A stretch of DNA of 64,000 nt from Anolis carolinensis (taxonomy: Eukaryota): the NCBI RefSeq assembly GCF_035594765.1, contig NC_085846.1:10465190-10529189 (forward strand), read 5' to 3'. Position numbers and translations under genes: made by a program. Of the stretch, positions 36,301 through 48,440 are shown piece by piece (position 1 is the stretch's first letter; each line of letters starts with the position of its first letter). The notes under the pieces were generated by a model, which was not told the DNA's origin, did not search any database, and saw only the letters and a program-made list of their open reading frames with translations.

Positions 36301-39300
36301 CAAAGAGCCGGCGTTGTCAGTAGACATCTCCAAAGTCATGTGGCCAGCATGACTGCATGGAGCGCCGTTACCTTCCCACTGGAGCAGTACCTATTGATCT
36401 ACCCACATTTGCATGTTTTCGAACTGCTAGGTTGTTAGACGCTGATGCTCCTTTTTTGTCAGCAAGTTCAGCAGCTCAGTGGTTTAATCTGCTGCACCAC
36501 CGGAGGCTCCGATTATAATACAATCTGACTCTTAATCAAATATTTTGTTTTTCAGTATTGGCTAGGGGATAAGATCCCTCTTTTCATATATCCAGATCCT
36601 TCTAGAACCCTCTCCGAACCCTTGAGAACAAAATACAGCTTGAACATTCCTTATCTAGAATTCTGAAATCCAAAATATTCCAAAATTCTAAATTGTCCTT
36701 ATGGATGACTGAGCTAGTGACACCTTTGATTTCTGATCATTCAATGTTTCATGCACAAAATTATTCAAAATATTGTATAACATTATCTTCGGGTAATATA
36801 AGTTGTAGATGAAACATAAATAAATTTAATGCTTAGACTTGGGTCGCATCTACAAGATATCTCATTATACATTTATATGCAAATATACATATTCAAAATC
36901 CAAAATCCCAAACACTTCTGATCCCAAATATTTGAAATAATGAATACTCAATCTATAATTGGTTAAAGCTGAAGAGCACACGGTTTTCTTCATAAGAAAC
37001 ATACTGCTGCCTCTCAACATATTTAACTGTAAAATATCGTTATTCTGAGACAGATATATTATTTTTCTCTTTTTTTCATTTCTCACCATACATTACTGGA
37101 GGCAAATGCTTCATTCTGCATAATGATAGGACTGACCCTGGTAAAACCCAACAGATTGCATTTGAGTTTGCTACCATTTCCATTTTTACAAAACAGCAGG
37201 AATGAATAAAGGAGCTGCACATTTAAAATCCTAAACATAGCCCAATGCTTTACTGATAAGCAGCCCAACTGGTTGCCTGATCTAAACCACAAAGATGGAG
37301 TGAATGATTTCTTGGAGTTCAAAGTTTCATGAGTATGTCTTACCTGTGGGACCTTGTAGAGGTTCAAAATGTTGGCAACATATCGACAGAACTGGGAGTT
37401 AGGGCCCACAATAAAAGAAACTGTATTGTCCTTGTCATCACATCTGTAGTTTGCGATGAATCTGTCATGGGTGGAGAGAAGTGCCATTGAAGCAAGATAG
37501 GTCCACCCTGCCATGAAATAGTTGTTGAAAACATGGATCCCCAGTGTGATATTAGCTAAGATATTGGGATTTTCATTGATCTCCTGTACAGCAAACTCCA
37601 AAGCCAGGATGTGCTGGTAATTTTGACTAAAGAACCTATAAAGAGAGTTAAATCCTTTTTCATGGTTTGCATATTTGTTTATTTTAAATTGTGTAATACT
37701 TTTAATGTAAGCTGCTTTGAGTGTTCTTCAGGAGAGAAAAAGCAGGGTATAAAAAAACATAAGAATAAGAACAATAGTGCATCTCCTTCGGAATATGATC
37801 TCTGATACCATTTCAATGTGATGTGATTGATATTGCATAAAAATTAGAGTTGTGCGTGGAACCCGTTTTCCTTTATTACATTCATTCTTTCACTAATTTC
37901 ATTTCTTCAGGAGCATTAACAGGAAGCCCCCTCCCTGCACAAAAGCAATCAAGAGCTGATCCCGGCTCCTCGCCTGCTTTTCGTGAGCAGCCTCCTTGCC
38001 TTGGAGAGTGCATGTGTGGCATGCAGCCTGCCTGCAGCTGAGCGCCTCCTCTAGAGTAAGAAACAGAACTTACCTCCTTGCCTTGGAAAGTGCATGTATG
38101 GCGTGCAGCCTGCCTGCAGCTGAGCGCCTCCTCTAGAGTAAGAAACAGAACTTACCTCCTTGCCTTGCAGAGTGCATGTATGGCGTGCAGCCTGCCTGTA
38201 GCTGAGTGCCTCCTCTAGAGTAAGAAACAGAACTTGCCTTAGAGAGTACGTGTGTGGTATGGAGTGAGCACTTCCCCTCTAGAGTAGAGAAACAGGTAAA
38301 AGGCCTCCTTAAAGTGCACACCAGTGCCTGCAGCTGAATGTCTGAGTCGAAACAGTTTAAATGCCTATGGTGGGAAGGGGAGTCTGGTTAGCCTCCTCTC
38401 CATGGGCCGATAGAAAACAGGGAAAACAGATATCTGCCCTCCTGATTTCAGGAGGCTCCCAAAAACATGAATGAGAGCCCCCAACAAAATCGAAGGCACA
38501 AAACGGGTCAGGGTTTACCCTGAAAGTATAACCCTAATAAAAATACTGAACATAGTAAAGAGAATCAGGTAATGGATGCTGGAACCAGGACTTCTGTGAA
38601 TATAGCAGACAGATTTGGGGGCCATAAACACAGACATGGCATCACGTTAAATTAGAACACATACTGCTTTATTTGACATTTTAATGTCTATGTAATCTCT
38701 CTTTTGTCTGATGGATTTCTGAACTGGACAAATTATTAAATGAGGGACTAACAGTCATATTTCAACATGAGTATGTACAAAGATAAAGCCAGAAATTGCA
38801 TTATTGCAAGGAAGTAATGGAAATACAACATTGATGAAAGCCAGCAGAAAATACAAGGAGATATGGGTGCCAGGGAGGGTAAAAAATAGCAACAACAATA
38901 ACAGTGAGATTGCATGAAAAGCAACATTTGCTGAAATTCTTTTAACTTTCATTAAAGGGCAAGATCCTTATCCCTTATTTACTTGGAAAACCCTAGACTA
39001 TATAAAGAAGGTCTGCTTTCCTCACACAAAAATGAACTTCATTAGACTAGTAACAAGAATATACTTTAAGGTACCAATTCTGTAGCTTGAGAGAATTAAT
39101 GTTCAAAAGAGGTGGAAGTTTAGATGGAGGGTCTTTTCAGGTACTCCTATGCACACCCAAAGAATATCCTGCAAAATTGGCTTTGGTATAACTGTATCAG
39201 TGTTATGATTATATATACAATAGCCCCCTACTCACAATAAGCCTCAAAATGATCCCTTTCCATACTTGCCATTCTAATATAGGAATTTATAAAGCAATCA

Positions 39301-39954
39301 TTGTTCCAGCTTCAGGAAAAAGAGTTGGGGTATATCTACACTGTTGAATGAATGCAGTTTGAGACCATAGCTCACTGCTATGGAATCGTTGTAGCTATAG
39401 TTTTACAAGGTCTTCAACTTCCTCTGCCAAAGGGTTCTGGTGCCTCACGAAACTACAACTCCCAGTACTCCATAGCACTGAGCCATGGCAGCTAGTGGTG
39501 TCAAACTGCATTAATTTTACCCTTGAATAGCAAATATAAAGTCAACAACTGTAATAGTAATAAAAAGCATCAGCAGTTTAAATGACAACAACCATACAAT
39601 CCCAAAGCAGAATATATATAGAATGCATTTCCCCCCTCTAATTACTCACACACATAAACTAAAATTATACCAGTCCAGCTTGCTTAAAGCTTTTTTTTAT
39701 GATCTTAAGGGGTGGATACAAATAGCTACCCCATACATGAGCTCATCAAGTGGTTCTGCAGAAGGGTGTCTTCTAAATGTCATCAGCTCAGAGAACGAGT
39801 ACATCTGAGAAATAATGCCAGCAATGAGCAGATCTCCTGAACGGTATTGCTGATGCTTTATAGAGAGAGGATTACCAGCACCACATTTAGCCACAGGCTT
39901 ATTGCACAAGACGTATGACAGGACTATGGATACAGATACTGTGAGGAGGAACAT
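32140..39954 (-). CDS. Vmn2r: V2R gene D, intact (~872 aa), paralog of B; exons 39737-39954, 37344-37635, 35175-36023, 34122-34349, 33130-33256, 32140-33044
   Basis: Canonical splice sites, summed CDS 2619 nt, open; exon-by-exon similarity to gene B. Confidence 0.93.
33303..33350. repeat. (TTA)n microsatellite in intron 4 of gene D
   Basis: Direct reading. Confidence 0.95.
33492..33626. mobile_element. hAT-type palindromic MITE
   Basis: TIRs CAGTGGTTCCCAACCTTTGG / CCAAAGGTTGGGAACCACTG; perfect 8-bp TSD ATTTAATG. Confidence 0.88.
36225..36510 (-). mobile_element. Sauria SINE with internal deletion, in intron 2 of gene D
   Basis: Similar to 13648/29433 copies; ATTATAATA on both sides; absent at the matching position in gene B (~9270). 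Confidence 0.85.
37845..38536. mobile_element. Non-autonomous hAT element with an internal 82-bp tandem repeat
   Basis: TIRs TAGAGTTGTGC / GTATAACCCTA; perfect 8-bp TSD ATAAAAAT; units start at 37991, 38073, 38155; empty site in gene B at ~10715. Confidence 0.82.
39329..39520. mobile_element. Palindromic MITE family (Harbinger-like); other copies at ~51807-52071, ~55690-55888, ~62456-62635
   Basis: GGGT(G/A)CATCTACACT-type start and AGTGTAGATGCACC-type end across copies; shared AGTGGTGTCAAACTGCATT and ACTACAACT motifs. Confidence 0.6.
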
Positions 39955-41180
39955 CTTTTATGCAAATACACCTCCTACTCATGAATTTATTCCTCTGACA
40001 TTGTCAGTGGGTTCTATATGCCTGATCACAAGAACTGCAAAGAATCCAGCAAACTGAACTGTGTCTGTCTCTACTCTGAATATTAATACTAGGAGTATTA
40101 ATACCAACCGTCAGTCTGAGCACATTGTTTTCCATTTTTCTCTGATCTTTCTAGAGCCCTGAAAGGTAGTTATTTTCATAATTATAGGGTAGTAATCATT
40201 TTTTTTCCTTTGCGTGCAATGGTGAAGGAGAAATCATGTTGGTCCCTATCTCAGAAGAAGTCAGCAGGGGTTAACTAAGAAATAGCAAGAGAAACAAATG
40301 GGTTTCCAGTGAAAAACAAGACAGGGTCAAGAAGATGAATGGCCTATCAAGAAGAAGAGGAAAAAGTTCCCTGTGTTTGCAACTGTTGAGATCATGCACA
40401 TTTTGTTCAAGTTGTGAACTAGGGCAGATTTGCAAGATGAGAAAGCTTAAGTTGCGATTATCAGAGATGTGGTTGCTTCCATAGCATTTTTTCACACCTT
40501 CGTAATGAAGCTGCCTCTCTTTCCTCCCCCTCCTCTTCCTCCACTACTATCAACAGCAACACCATTCATCCAAGCTTCAGTTATAGACAGGCCTGTCTGG
40601 CACAAGAGGAAGAAGGGTTCCTCTATTTGTTTAATATACCACCATATTTCTCTCAGAGTGGTATCCAAGTTGGCTTCCAGAAAAAGTAAATTCAAAACTG
40701 TTTAGAATGAAATGTAAAAACAATTAGAATTGCACTCATGAAACATTTTGAAATAAATTGAAAACATACAAAAGTTTAAAAGATCAATTAAACATCCAAA
40801 TGACAGCCTTAGTTATAAATTAAAAGCTTGTTTGAACAAAAACATCTTTGCCTACTAATGAAAGAAAAGCAGGGAGGGGAGAGCTTAGAATAGAAAACTC
40901 CTAAGCACAGGGATAACGCTGACACACTAAAAAAACAAACAAACAAAAAAAAACAGCTGGCCAGAAGGAAAACTAGTATCTCACCCCAAGAGGAAACTAC
41001 ATTGTTCTGCATCCGTGTCCTATGCCCTGCCATGGCCTAGCACTGATATCGAACAGCCATGGCAATGTACTCACTATATCCTGGCAGAATGGGTAGCGGA
41101 AAAAAAAGTTCCTATCAGCACCCGGTGCATACTGTAGCCACCATCCCAGCCTTGAACTGGTTCTTGGGAGAATTGTGTAG

Positions 41181-42139
41181 TAGAGGTGTGCACGAAATTT
41201 GTCTCATATGTTTCAGTCATGCTTGTGTTTCATATCATCCATTAGGATAGCGCAAAACAGAAAGACCCCCAATGAAATAAAAACCGCCTTGAAACAAAAG
41301 GCAGGCAGGACGAATATCGGTTCCAAGCCTGCCTTTCGGATCAATCAGCTGTAGGCTCTGTGGGGCCTGGGTCTATAGGCCCAAAACCTGCACCCATAGG
41401 CCCGGACGCTCGGGTCTACGGGTGCAGGCTTTGGACCGGGCCTAGCCGGGCCTCGCAAGACTTACAGTCAAGTGCTGAGTAAGGATCGCGCCTTATTCAG
41501 CACTCGACTGTAAGTACTGCAAGGCACAGGTGCCTAGCCCCAAAGCCTGCACCTGTAGGCCTGGGAGCTTTGGGCCTACAGGAGCAGGCTTTGGGCCTAC
41601 GCGCTCGGGTCTCGCAGGACTGGGTGCTTAGGCCCAAAGCCTGCACCTGTAGGCCCAAAACTCCCAGGCCTAAAGGTGCAGGCTCTGGGCCTAGGCGCCC
41701 GGGCCTCGGAGGACTTACAGCTGAATGCCGAATAAGGAATGATCCTTACTCAGCACTTGACTGTAGGTCCTGCAAGACCTGGCTAGGCCCAGTCCAAAGC
41801 CTGCACCCGTAGGCCCAGACGTCTGGGTCTATGGGTGCAGGCTTTGGGCCTAGTCGCACAGGCCTGGCTGGGGGGAGGAGATTGGGGGTGGCTGAGTTAT
41901 CCTGCGCCTCCCCTCCTCCCTTGGCCTGCTCCTTACCGGGCATTTGAGCGGTGATGGCTGTTGCTGTGGCCTTGTCCGGCACCTTCCCCCCCTCAGACAA
42001 ACAAAAAAAGAGAAACAAAACAAAAACATAACTAATGTCTGACCTCCCAGTTTTGTGGGGTCGGATGAAAACAGATCAGGGCCTCGACGAAAGCCGGGAC
42101 ATGAAACAGAACAAGGTAAGTCCCGAAAGCCCATCTCTA
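41181..42139. mobile_element. Non-autonomous hAT (Ac-like TIR) element with GC-rich internal direct and inverted repeats
   Basis: TIRs TAGAGGTGTGC / GCCCATCTCTA; perfect 8-bp TSD TTGTGTAG (41173-41180, 42140-42147). Confidence 0.82.
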
Positions 42140-42874
42140 TTGTGTAGGCACTCCACAGTGGAACTGGTTCCTTTAAATCTACTTCTTAAATCAGTTTAAG
42201 TAACTGTTCAAAACCACCCTTAGGCCCCTTCTACACTGCCATATAAAATCTAGATTATCTGCTTTGAACTGGATTATATGGCAGTGTAAACTCATATAAT
42301 CCAGTTCAAAGCAGATAATGTGGATTATCTGCTTTGATAATCTGAATTACATGGCAGTGTCAAAGGGGTTTATATCTCCTGCAGAGAGGCATTCCAGAAG
42401 GTAGGAGAAGTCATTGAGTAAGCTCTCTCCTATGTCCTCACTAAGAGTCCCTGTGATGAGGGTGGGACTGAGAGAAAGGCTTTACCTGTAGATCTTAAAA
42501 CACCAGCAGATTTGTATTTAGAGATATAACTTTCTGATCATTCAGACCAAAGCATAAAGGGTTTAGGACATGACCAAAATTTTGAATTGTGCCCAGAAAT
42601 GAACTGTAGCCAATCACTGCCAGTTGGGGTATGCAGGAAATGCTTCAGGTGCTCAAGCCTAGTCTCTATCCCATTTGTCTGCCCACTTTATGGAAACCCA
42701 CTATCTGGACTGAAGAGCTTCCAGTTGGGCTACCTGTCAAAACTGGATCTTGCCCAATATATGGCCCCCACATCTTGAAATGGGCCTTCAGGTCAGAATC
42801 TTTAATGTAGCCCTTTACCAACCACTAAAGTTAAGGACAGAGAAGTGTTCTACAGGTTTTAGAATAAAATAAGT

Positions 42875-43431
42875 CAGTGGTTGTGGTCCACAAAAACTAA
42901 AATATGTCCCACCGTTACTTCACTGTTGCAACAAGAGCAACTGGTTTCACAAAACCCTCTTATAGTGCCAAGGCATTGGGGATGTAGGGAGGGGAGAGAC
43001 TGACTACCCATGAAAAGCATGACAACAAGCCTCCTGGCTGCTGCTTCTCCTTTTCCTCCCTCCCCTGAGTGGAGCCCTTCCATGTGGTGCCTGGAAGCGG
43101 GGGCACCTTGGTGTCTTCATTTTTAGGCCTGTTCCTGGGGTTATCTGGAGTGGTGATTCAGAAAATTGCATTTGATAGACCACATCAGCTCTAGATTGAT
43201 AAATATGGTTTTCTATAAGAAAGCAGATGTGACTAATGGATGGCATATGTTCTGTATCAGAAACTAGAGCTGATGTGGTCTATCCAATACAATTTTCTGA
43301 ATCAGCACTCCAGATAACCAAACCGAATCTAAAATTGACCAAAAACTGATTTGTAACCCTTTTGGTACTTATGTTGTAGAGTGGTCCCTGGTCAAAGTGG
43401 TCCCTGGTCAAAAAAAGATTGTGAACCACTG
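42875..43431. mobile_element. Non-autonomous hAT element related to 26210-26643
   Basis: CAGTGGTT...GAACCACTG ends; shared body GA.CTGATGTGGTCTATCCAAT...TGACCAAAAACTGATT. Confidence 0.75.
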
Positions 43432-44997
43432 GTTTAAATGATGACATGATTTTTTTTATTTATTAATGTAATATATTTATAATGTTTACATTTATTATGT
43501 TACACACACACATGGTTTACTCAACTTTAACTCACCACAATAAACCAACTCAGGTCTTATAGAATAAGTCTATTCTATATATTCAACCATGGCAATGAAA
43601 TGTACTTTCAAGAGAAGATGCTAGATAGTAGATACCTGTGTCACAGTCTAAATAAACTGTGTGCCCAGCATAGAGTTCAATTTGCCTTGTCCACCTATCA
43701 TGAGGCTGCCTTGTTCATGCTCAAACAGAGATTCAATATCCAAGCCCAAAAGTCATACACAGAAAGTTCTGAAATCAAAGCCTAAACCCACAGTCTGAAT
43801 GCCAGTAGTCAGTGTCCAGGTTTCGAGGTCAAACAAGTTGGTGAGTAAAAGCATAACAAAGTGCAAGATAAAATCCTATGTACTTAAGTCCAAGTCCAGT
43901 CCAGGGTTCACAAAGCCAGTCACAAAACGGGTTCATGATAACACCATCCAGCATGACGTTGCTTCCAGCAACAAGAATGCAACTTTGAAAGTCTTTTACG
44001 CTAAGGCCACCAGTGTTGATGTTGGTAGCCTGTAGCTCAGCTAACCTGGCAGGCCTGAGTAATTGGGCTTGCTCTCTGTGAAATTCCACATGAGAAGGAT
44101 CACTTGACCCTTCAGTAGCCTGCCCTGAAGTGTTGTGTCTGCATTCTCCTCCTGCTGAGACTTGGTGGCTCCTTCTGCAGGCGGCTGAAAGCTGTTGGTC
44201 TGCAGCTCCAACCACTCATCCTTGCTGTCAGAGCTAACCAGAGGACACTGCCTTTGCAAGCCTGTGCCCACAAAGCTCAAAGATTTCAACCAGTAATCAC
44301 TTTCCTATGCATACCAAAATTTTAATTGTGCTTGCAAATTTGTGTTTTATATATAAAAAACTGATAGATTTTTTTAAAAAAATGTAGCAGAACAGGAACA
44401 TGTTGTCTATTGGCATCAATAAAGCTATGAATGGTAGTAAATCTTAAAGGCAAATGAAAAAGTTGGTATGATGAGAAAATAATGTAACAGTTGATTATTA
44501 AATGGTGCGGCTAACATAGACACAAGCACACACATTAAGTGTAACTCTTGGTTTACAGACCGGTTTGATGTAGATTAATTTGGGTGTGTTTTCTTCCCTT
44601 GTATCTATTTGTCTAGATACTGTGTGCACAAACACAAGCATCCAAGTCTTCATGCACAAGGACCACATATACATCACTGATATTAACCCAGTGGGAGGAA
44701 AACATAATTTCAAAGAGATTTTTTTTTTGGGCCTAACTAGCCAGTCACAGCATCTGGTACTCACTCCTCAGAAAGACTTATTCTGGTTAATACATGGAAA
44801 ACTTATTCCAATATGACAAAGTTTATCCACCATCCAAGTACTGTTGGATCGTTTCAATTTTCCATGGAAGATTATGGACAATGTGAATACTCAAATTTCA
44901 GTTTGTATTCAGAAAAAAGTGCAACAATTCCAAATCATTGCTTCAAAACCCAATTCAAATTGATTGTAAATTCAGCTTCACCACTTCCATAAATATA

Positions 44998-45311
44998 CAG
45001 TAGAGTCTCACTTATCCAACACCCGATTATCCAATGTTCTGGATTATCCAACGCATTTTTGAAGTCAATGTTTTCAATACATCGTGATATTTTGGTGCTA
45101 AATTCGTAAATACAGTAATTACTACATAGAATTATTGCGTATTGAACTACTCTTCCTGTCAAATTTGTTGATGTTTTGGTGCTTAATTTGTAAAATCATA
45201 ACCTAATTTGATGTTTAATAGGCTTTTCCTTAATCCCTCCTTATTATCCAACATATTCGCTTATCCAACATTCTGCCGGCCCGTTTATGTTGGATAAGTG
45301 AGATTCTAATG
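44998..45311. mobile_element. Tc1/mariner (Tigger-like) MITE
   Basis: TIRs CAGTAGAGTCTCACTTATCCAAC / GTTGGATAAGTGAGATTCTAATG flanked by TA. Confidence 0.85.
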
Positions 45312-45384
45312 TACTATAGTAACATGTTTATTCTTAGATTAAGCCCACTGAGTGGATAGATATTAGATAGACAGACAGCTAGGT

Positions 45385-45391
45385 GATAGAT

Positions 45392-45447
<56 letters not shown>
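45385..45447. repeat. (GATA)n microsatellite abutting the stop codon of pseudogene E
   Basis: Direct reading. Confidence 0.95.
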
Positions 45448-45449
45448 TT

Positions 45450-46938
45450 CTACCTTCCCCTTCTTATTAGCTGTGCTGGCTTATTTAATTCAGGGTATAC
45501 CAAAATAATGAAATATTTTGGGAGAAAAATTAAGTTCAGTAAACCAGCACCTGAAGCTCCACAGCCACGGTGTATTTCCCCTTGATGCTCAAATAGGCTG
45601 GAACCAAGGTCACCCAAAACACTGCAGAAGACCAACATGCTGAAGGTAATAAATTTAGCTTCATTAAAATGACTAGGCAAGTTTCTAGCTAGGAAAGCCA
45701 TGGTGAAGTTGACAATAGCTAGTAGACTTGTGAAGCTCAAGACACAGTAGAAGAGGACAACTGAACCTTCATTACATTCCAGTACAATTTCTTCCCTCAT
45801 TGAGTACATGTCAACATCTGGGAAAGGCGGAAATGTTGTCAGTCACACAATGCAAAGAGTGGTTTGAGATAGAGAGCATGAAAGAACAATGGAACTGGCC
45901 AGTCTATTCCCCACCCATTTCCTTATTCTAGACCCTGGTTTGGTGGCCAGGAAAGCTAAAACAACAATGGTAGTCTTGGCCAATATGCAAGAAACAGCCA
46001 CTGAGAAGACAATCCCGAAAACAATTTGTTGAAGGAGACAGGTGACCTTCTGAGGTTCACCAATGAATAGGAAAGTGGAAAGGAATGAAAGTAGGAGAGC
46101 AATGAGTAACGTATAGCTGAGGTTGCAGTTGTTGGCTTTGACTATGGGAGTGTCTGAATACTTAGCAAAGATCCAAAGCACGAAAGCTGTAATGAAAGAA
46201 AAGACAATTGCAAGGGTGGTCAGACTGATCCCCAAAGGTTCTTCATAGCTCAAGAAGCTTATTTCTTTGAGGATGCATCCATTAATGCCACTGTTGGGAA
46301 ATGCATCCTCCTGACACTGAAGGCAGTTGATCATATCTAGGGGGAAAACACAAATATATGCTCATAAAATGCCTATCTAGAGTTGTTTTATACCTTCAGG
46401 TTAACTCTTGATGTTACATGGATAGATGAAGGACAAGCCAGGAGAAGATAATGAAAAGTTATAACCACACAATGCTCAGGTAACTTCTCCAAACAACCTC
46501 CCAATTTCAGGTATAAGAAGGGGGGAGAAGCAAGGAGTCATTGAAACCTGTTTAAAAATGCATTTTCAACTATTCTATAGCTGGAAAGAAAATGGATTAA
46601 ATGGTTTGTTTGGACTTTTGACATATTTAACACGATATCCCAACCACACCCCCAATCCTTCAAAACATAGGAAAAAATAAGCCTATATATTTTGTTATAA
46701 ATCATGTGCAGTTTAGTTAGATATTTTTGTACAACGAATAACAAGTGTGTACCTGCTGCTTATGTACATATTGTACAGCACAGCTAAGGTGTTCTCTTTG
46801 GCATATCATCTTACCTACTCGATCTGAAATCTTTCCATCCTGACATGGAAGGCATCTGTAGCAACAAAATGGCTTCCCTTCAATCTTCACTTTGCTATAG
46901 CCTGCTTTACACTTGTTGCACCTGGAAATAGGTCGTGT
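45450..46938 (-). pseudogene. V2R pseudogene E: only exon 5 (46815-46938) and exon 6 (45450-46336) remain
   Basis: Cysteine-rich exon ([16 protein letters not shown]) and 7TM exon; TGA at 45843-45845 where paralogs have Trp, +1 frameshift near 45617 (CSVLG for CSVW), deletion of the EIFSILA segment near 45557; no exons 1-4 visible upstream. Confidence 0.88.
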
Positions 46939-48156
46939 CTGTCAAGAAATTGAAGAATATTTTAACATAAGTAATTACATCAGGATGACACTGTTGTTTT
47001 GTTTCTTTCTTTCTGTGCCTTCTGAATGGACAGTACGAAACAGATACACAAATGAAACAAATTGAACAAATACCGCTCACAACACTACCTCTCAAGTGTT
47101 ACTCATGCTTGCCTAAAGCTGGAGTAGAGCCAGACAATTTTAGCCTTTTCTTTTGGGCCTTCTTCATAATTCTTTTGCGTGTTCAACTCAAGCTTCAGCA
47201 CAATGATAACGCATTCAAAGAAGAGGATATGGTAGGGATACAGGGAGGGGTAGAAGTGTTAAGATTATTGTCAGTAAATTAATAAATCTTAACAAATATC
47301 TAATAAATCATCAAGAGAGGAGAGTGATATGGAAGGTAAGGGAAAAACATTGTATGATGTTCCATCTATTTTTTAATCCTCCCACTTTGGGAGGAATGTG
47401 AACGGGGCCTGCCGTGCATGTGTGATGGCTCACAACAGGCCCTGTCCTTGCCGAGATTAAAAGCAGCAAAATAGGGCAAAAGTGCCCCGTGTGAAGAGAT
47501 CCTGAGTACTTCATTCTTAAATGCCCAGAAGTTTCCCAAGCTGAAGCCAGCTAAAAATTGACTGACACAAATACGAATTTTTATTTCAATGTGATTTTTT
47601 TCTTGGGAACTTTGTCCCATTATTGGAAAATTCTTGGTATTCTGGATGATGACAAAATGGAGGGAAATGTGGTAGAACAAAGTTCAACTGACATAATGTT
47701 CTATCCCTTGTGGTACTACATTGTATGCGTGTTTGCTTCAGTGCTCCAAAACTTCAGGATTATCTCTCCCTTATAATTATGATAATTGCTGTCATCATAA
47801 ATTCATTACCCCAGAGCATTATTGGCTCCAAAGAAAAAAGAGTAGCAACCACAAATATGGTTATGCTGTTTTATGAAACTCAGTTTCATCAGATCAAGCT
47901 CATGGACTAAAGATGACAGGGAATCTGTCCTTCCTGGGCTCTTACACTTTCCCCTTTAGGATAAGTTTTTACTCAGTATCATTGCTTTAAGATCAGTATC
48001 TGATGCACAACCTTCTGATGCTAAAAAGAAACTGAATATTTATCCTTTTTAGATTGTCTTTGGCAGCTTGTTTCAACCAGACCTGTGCTGGCAAGACTGG
48101 AGAAACTAGATCTCAAAGGAACACATTGCCATCAGGAAACAAAGAGTTTTTCAGTC

Positions 48157-48379
48157 ATGTTATTGCTGCTCCTGCTGTTCCTTCTCTCTTGTACAGTATG
48201 TCAAGGATATTCTGCAAAATGCTGTGGGAATGATCCCATTCTTATCCCACAGGAATGGTACCAACCAGGTGAAATTCTTATAGGAGGGATTATGTCTCAC
48301 ATCCATTTTATGGTGTTAGGAATTTCCTTCAAGAAGCATCCTTCTCAAGACTGGGTTATTGTTCCAATGTAAGGTATTC

Positions 48380-48440
<61 letters not shown>

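Noticed and set aside
37990-38240. Regularly spaced repeats (also 14489-15066 and 41360-41870) as a CRISPR-like array
   Set aside because: Units are contiguous tandem copies without unique spacers, lie inside TSD-bounded transposons, and the DNA is vertebrate with no cas genes.
43600-44290. Cluster of overlapping ORFs, possibly a degenerate Gypsy-type LTR (similarly 4461-4790)
   Set aside because: No protein motif and no clear termini or TSD could be established by eye.
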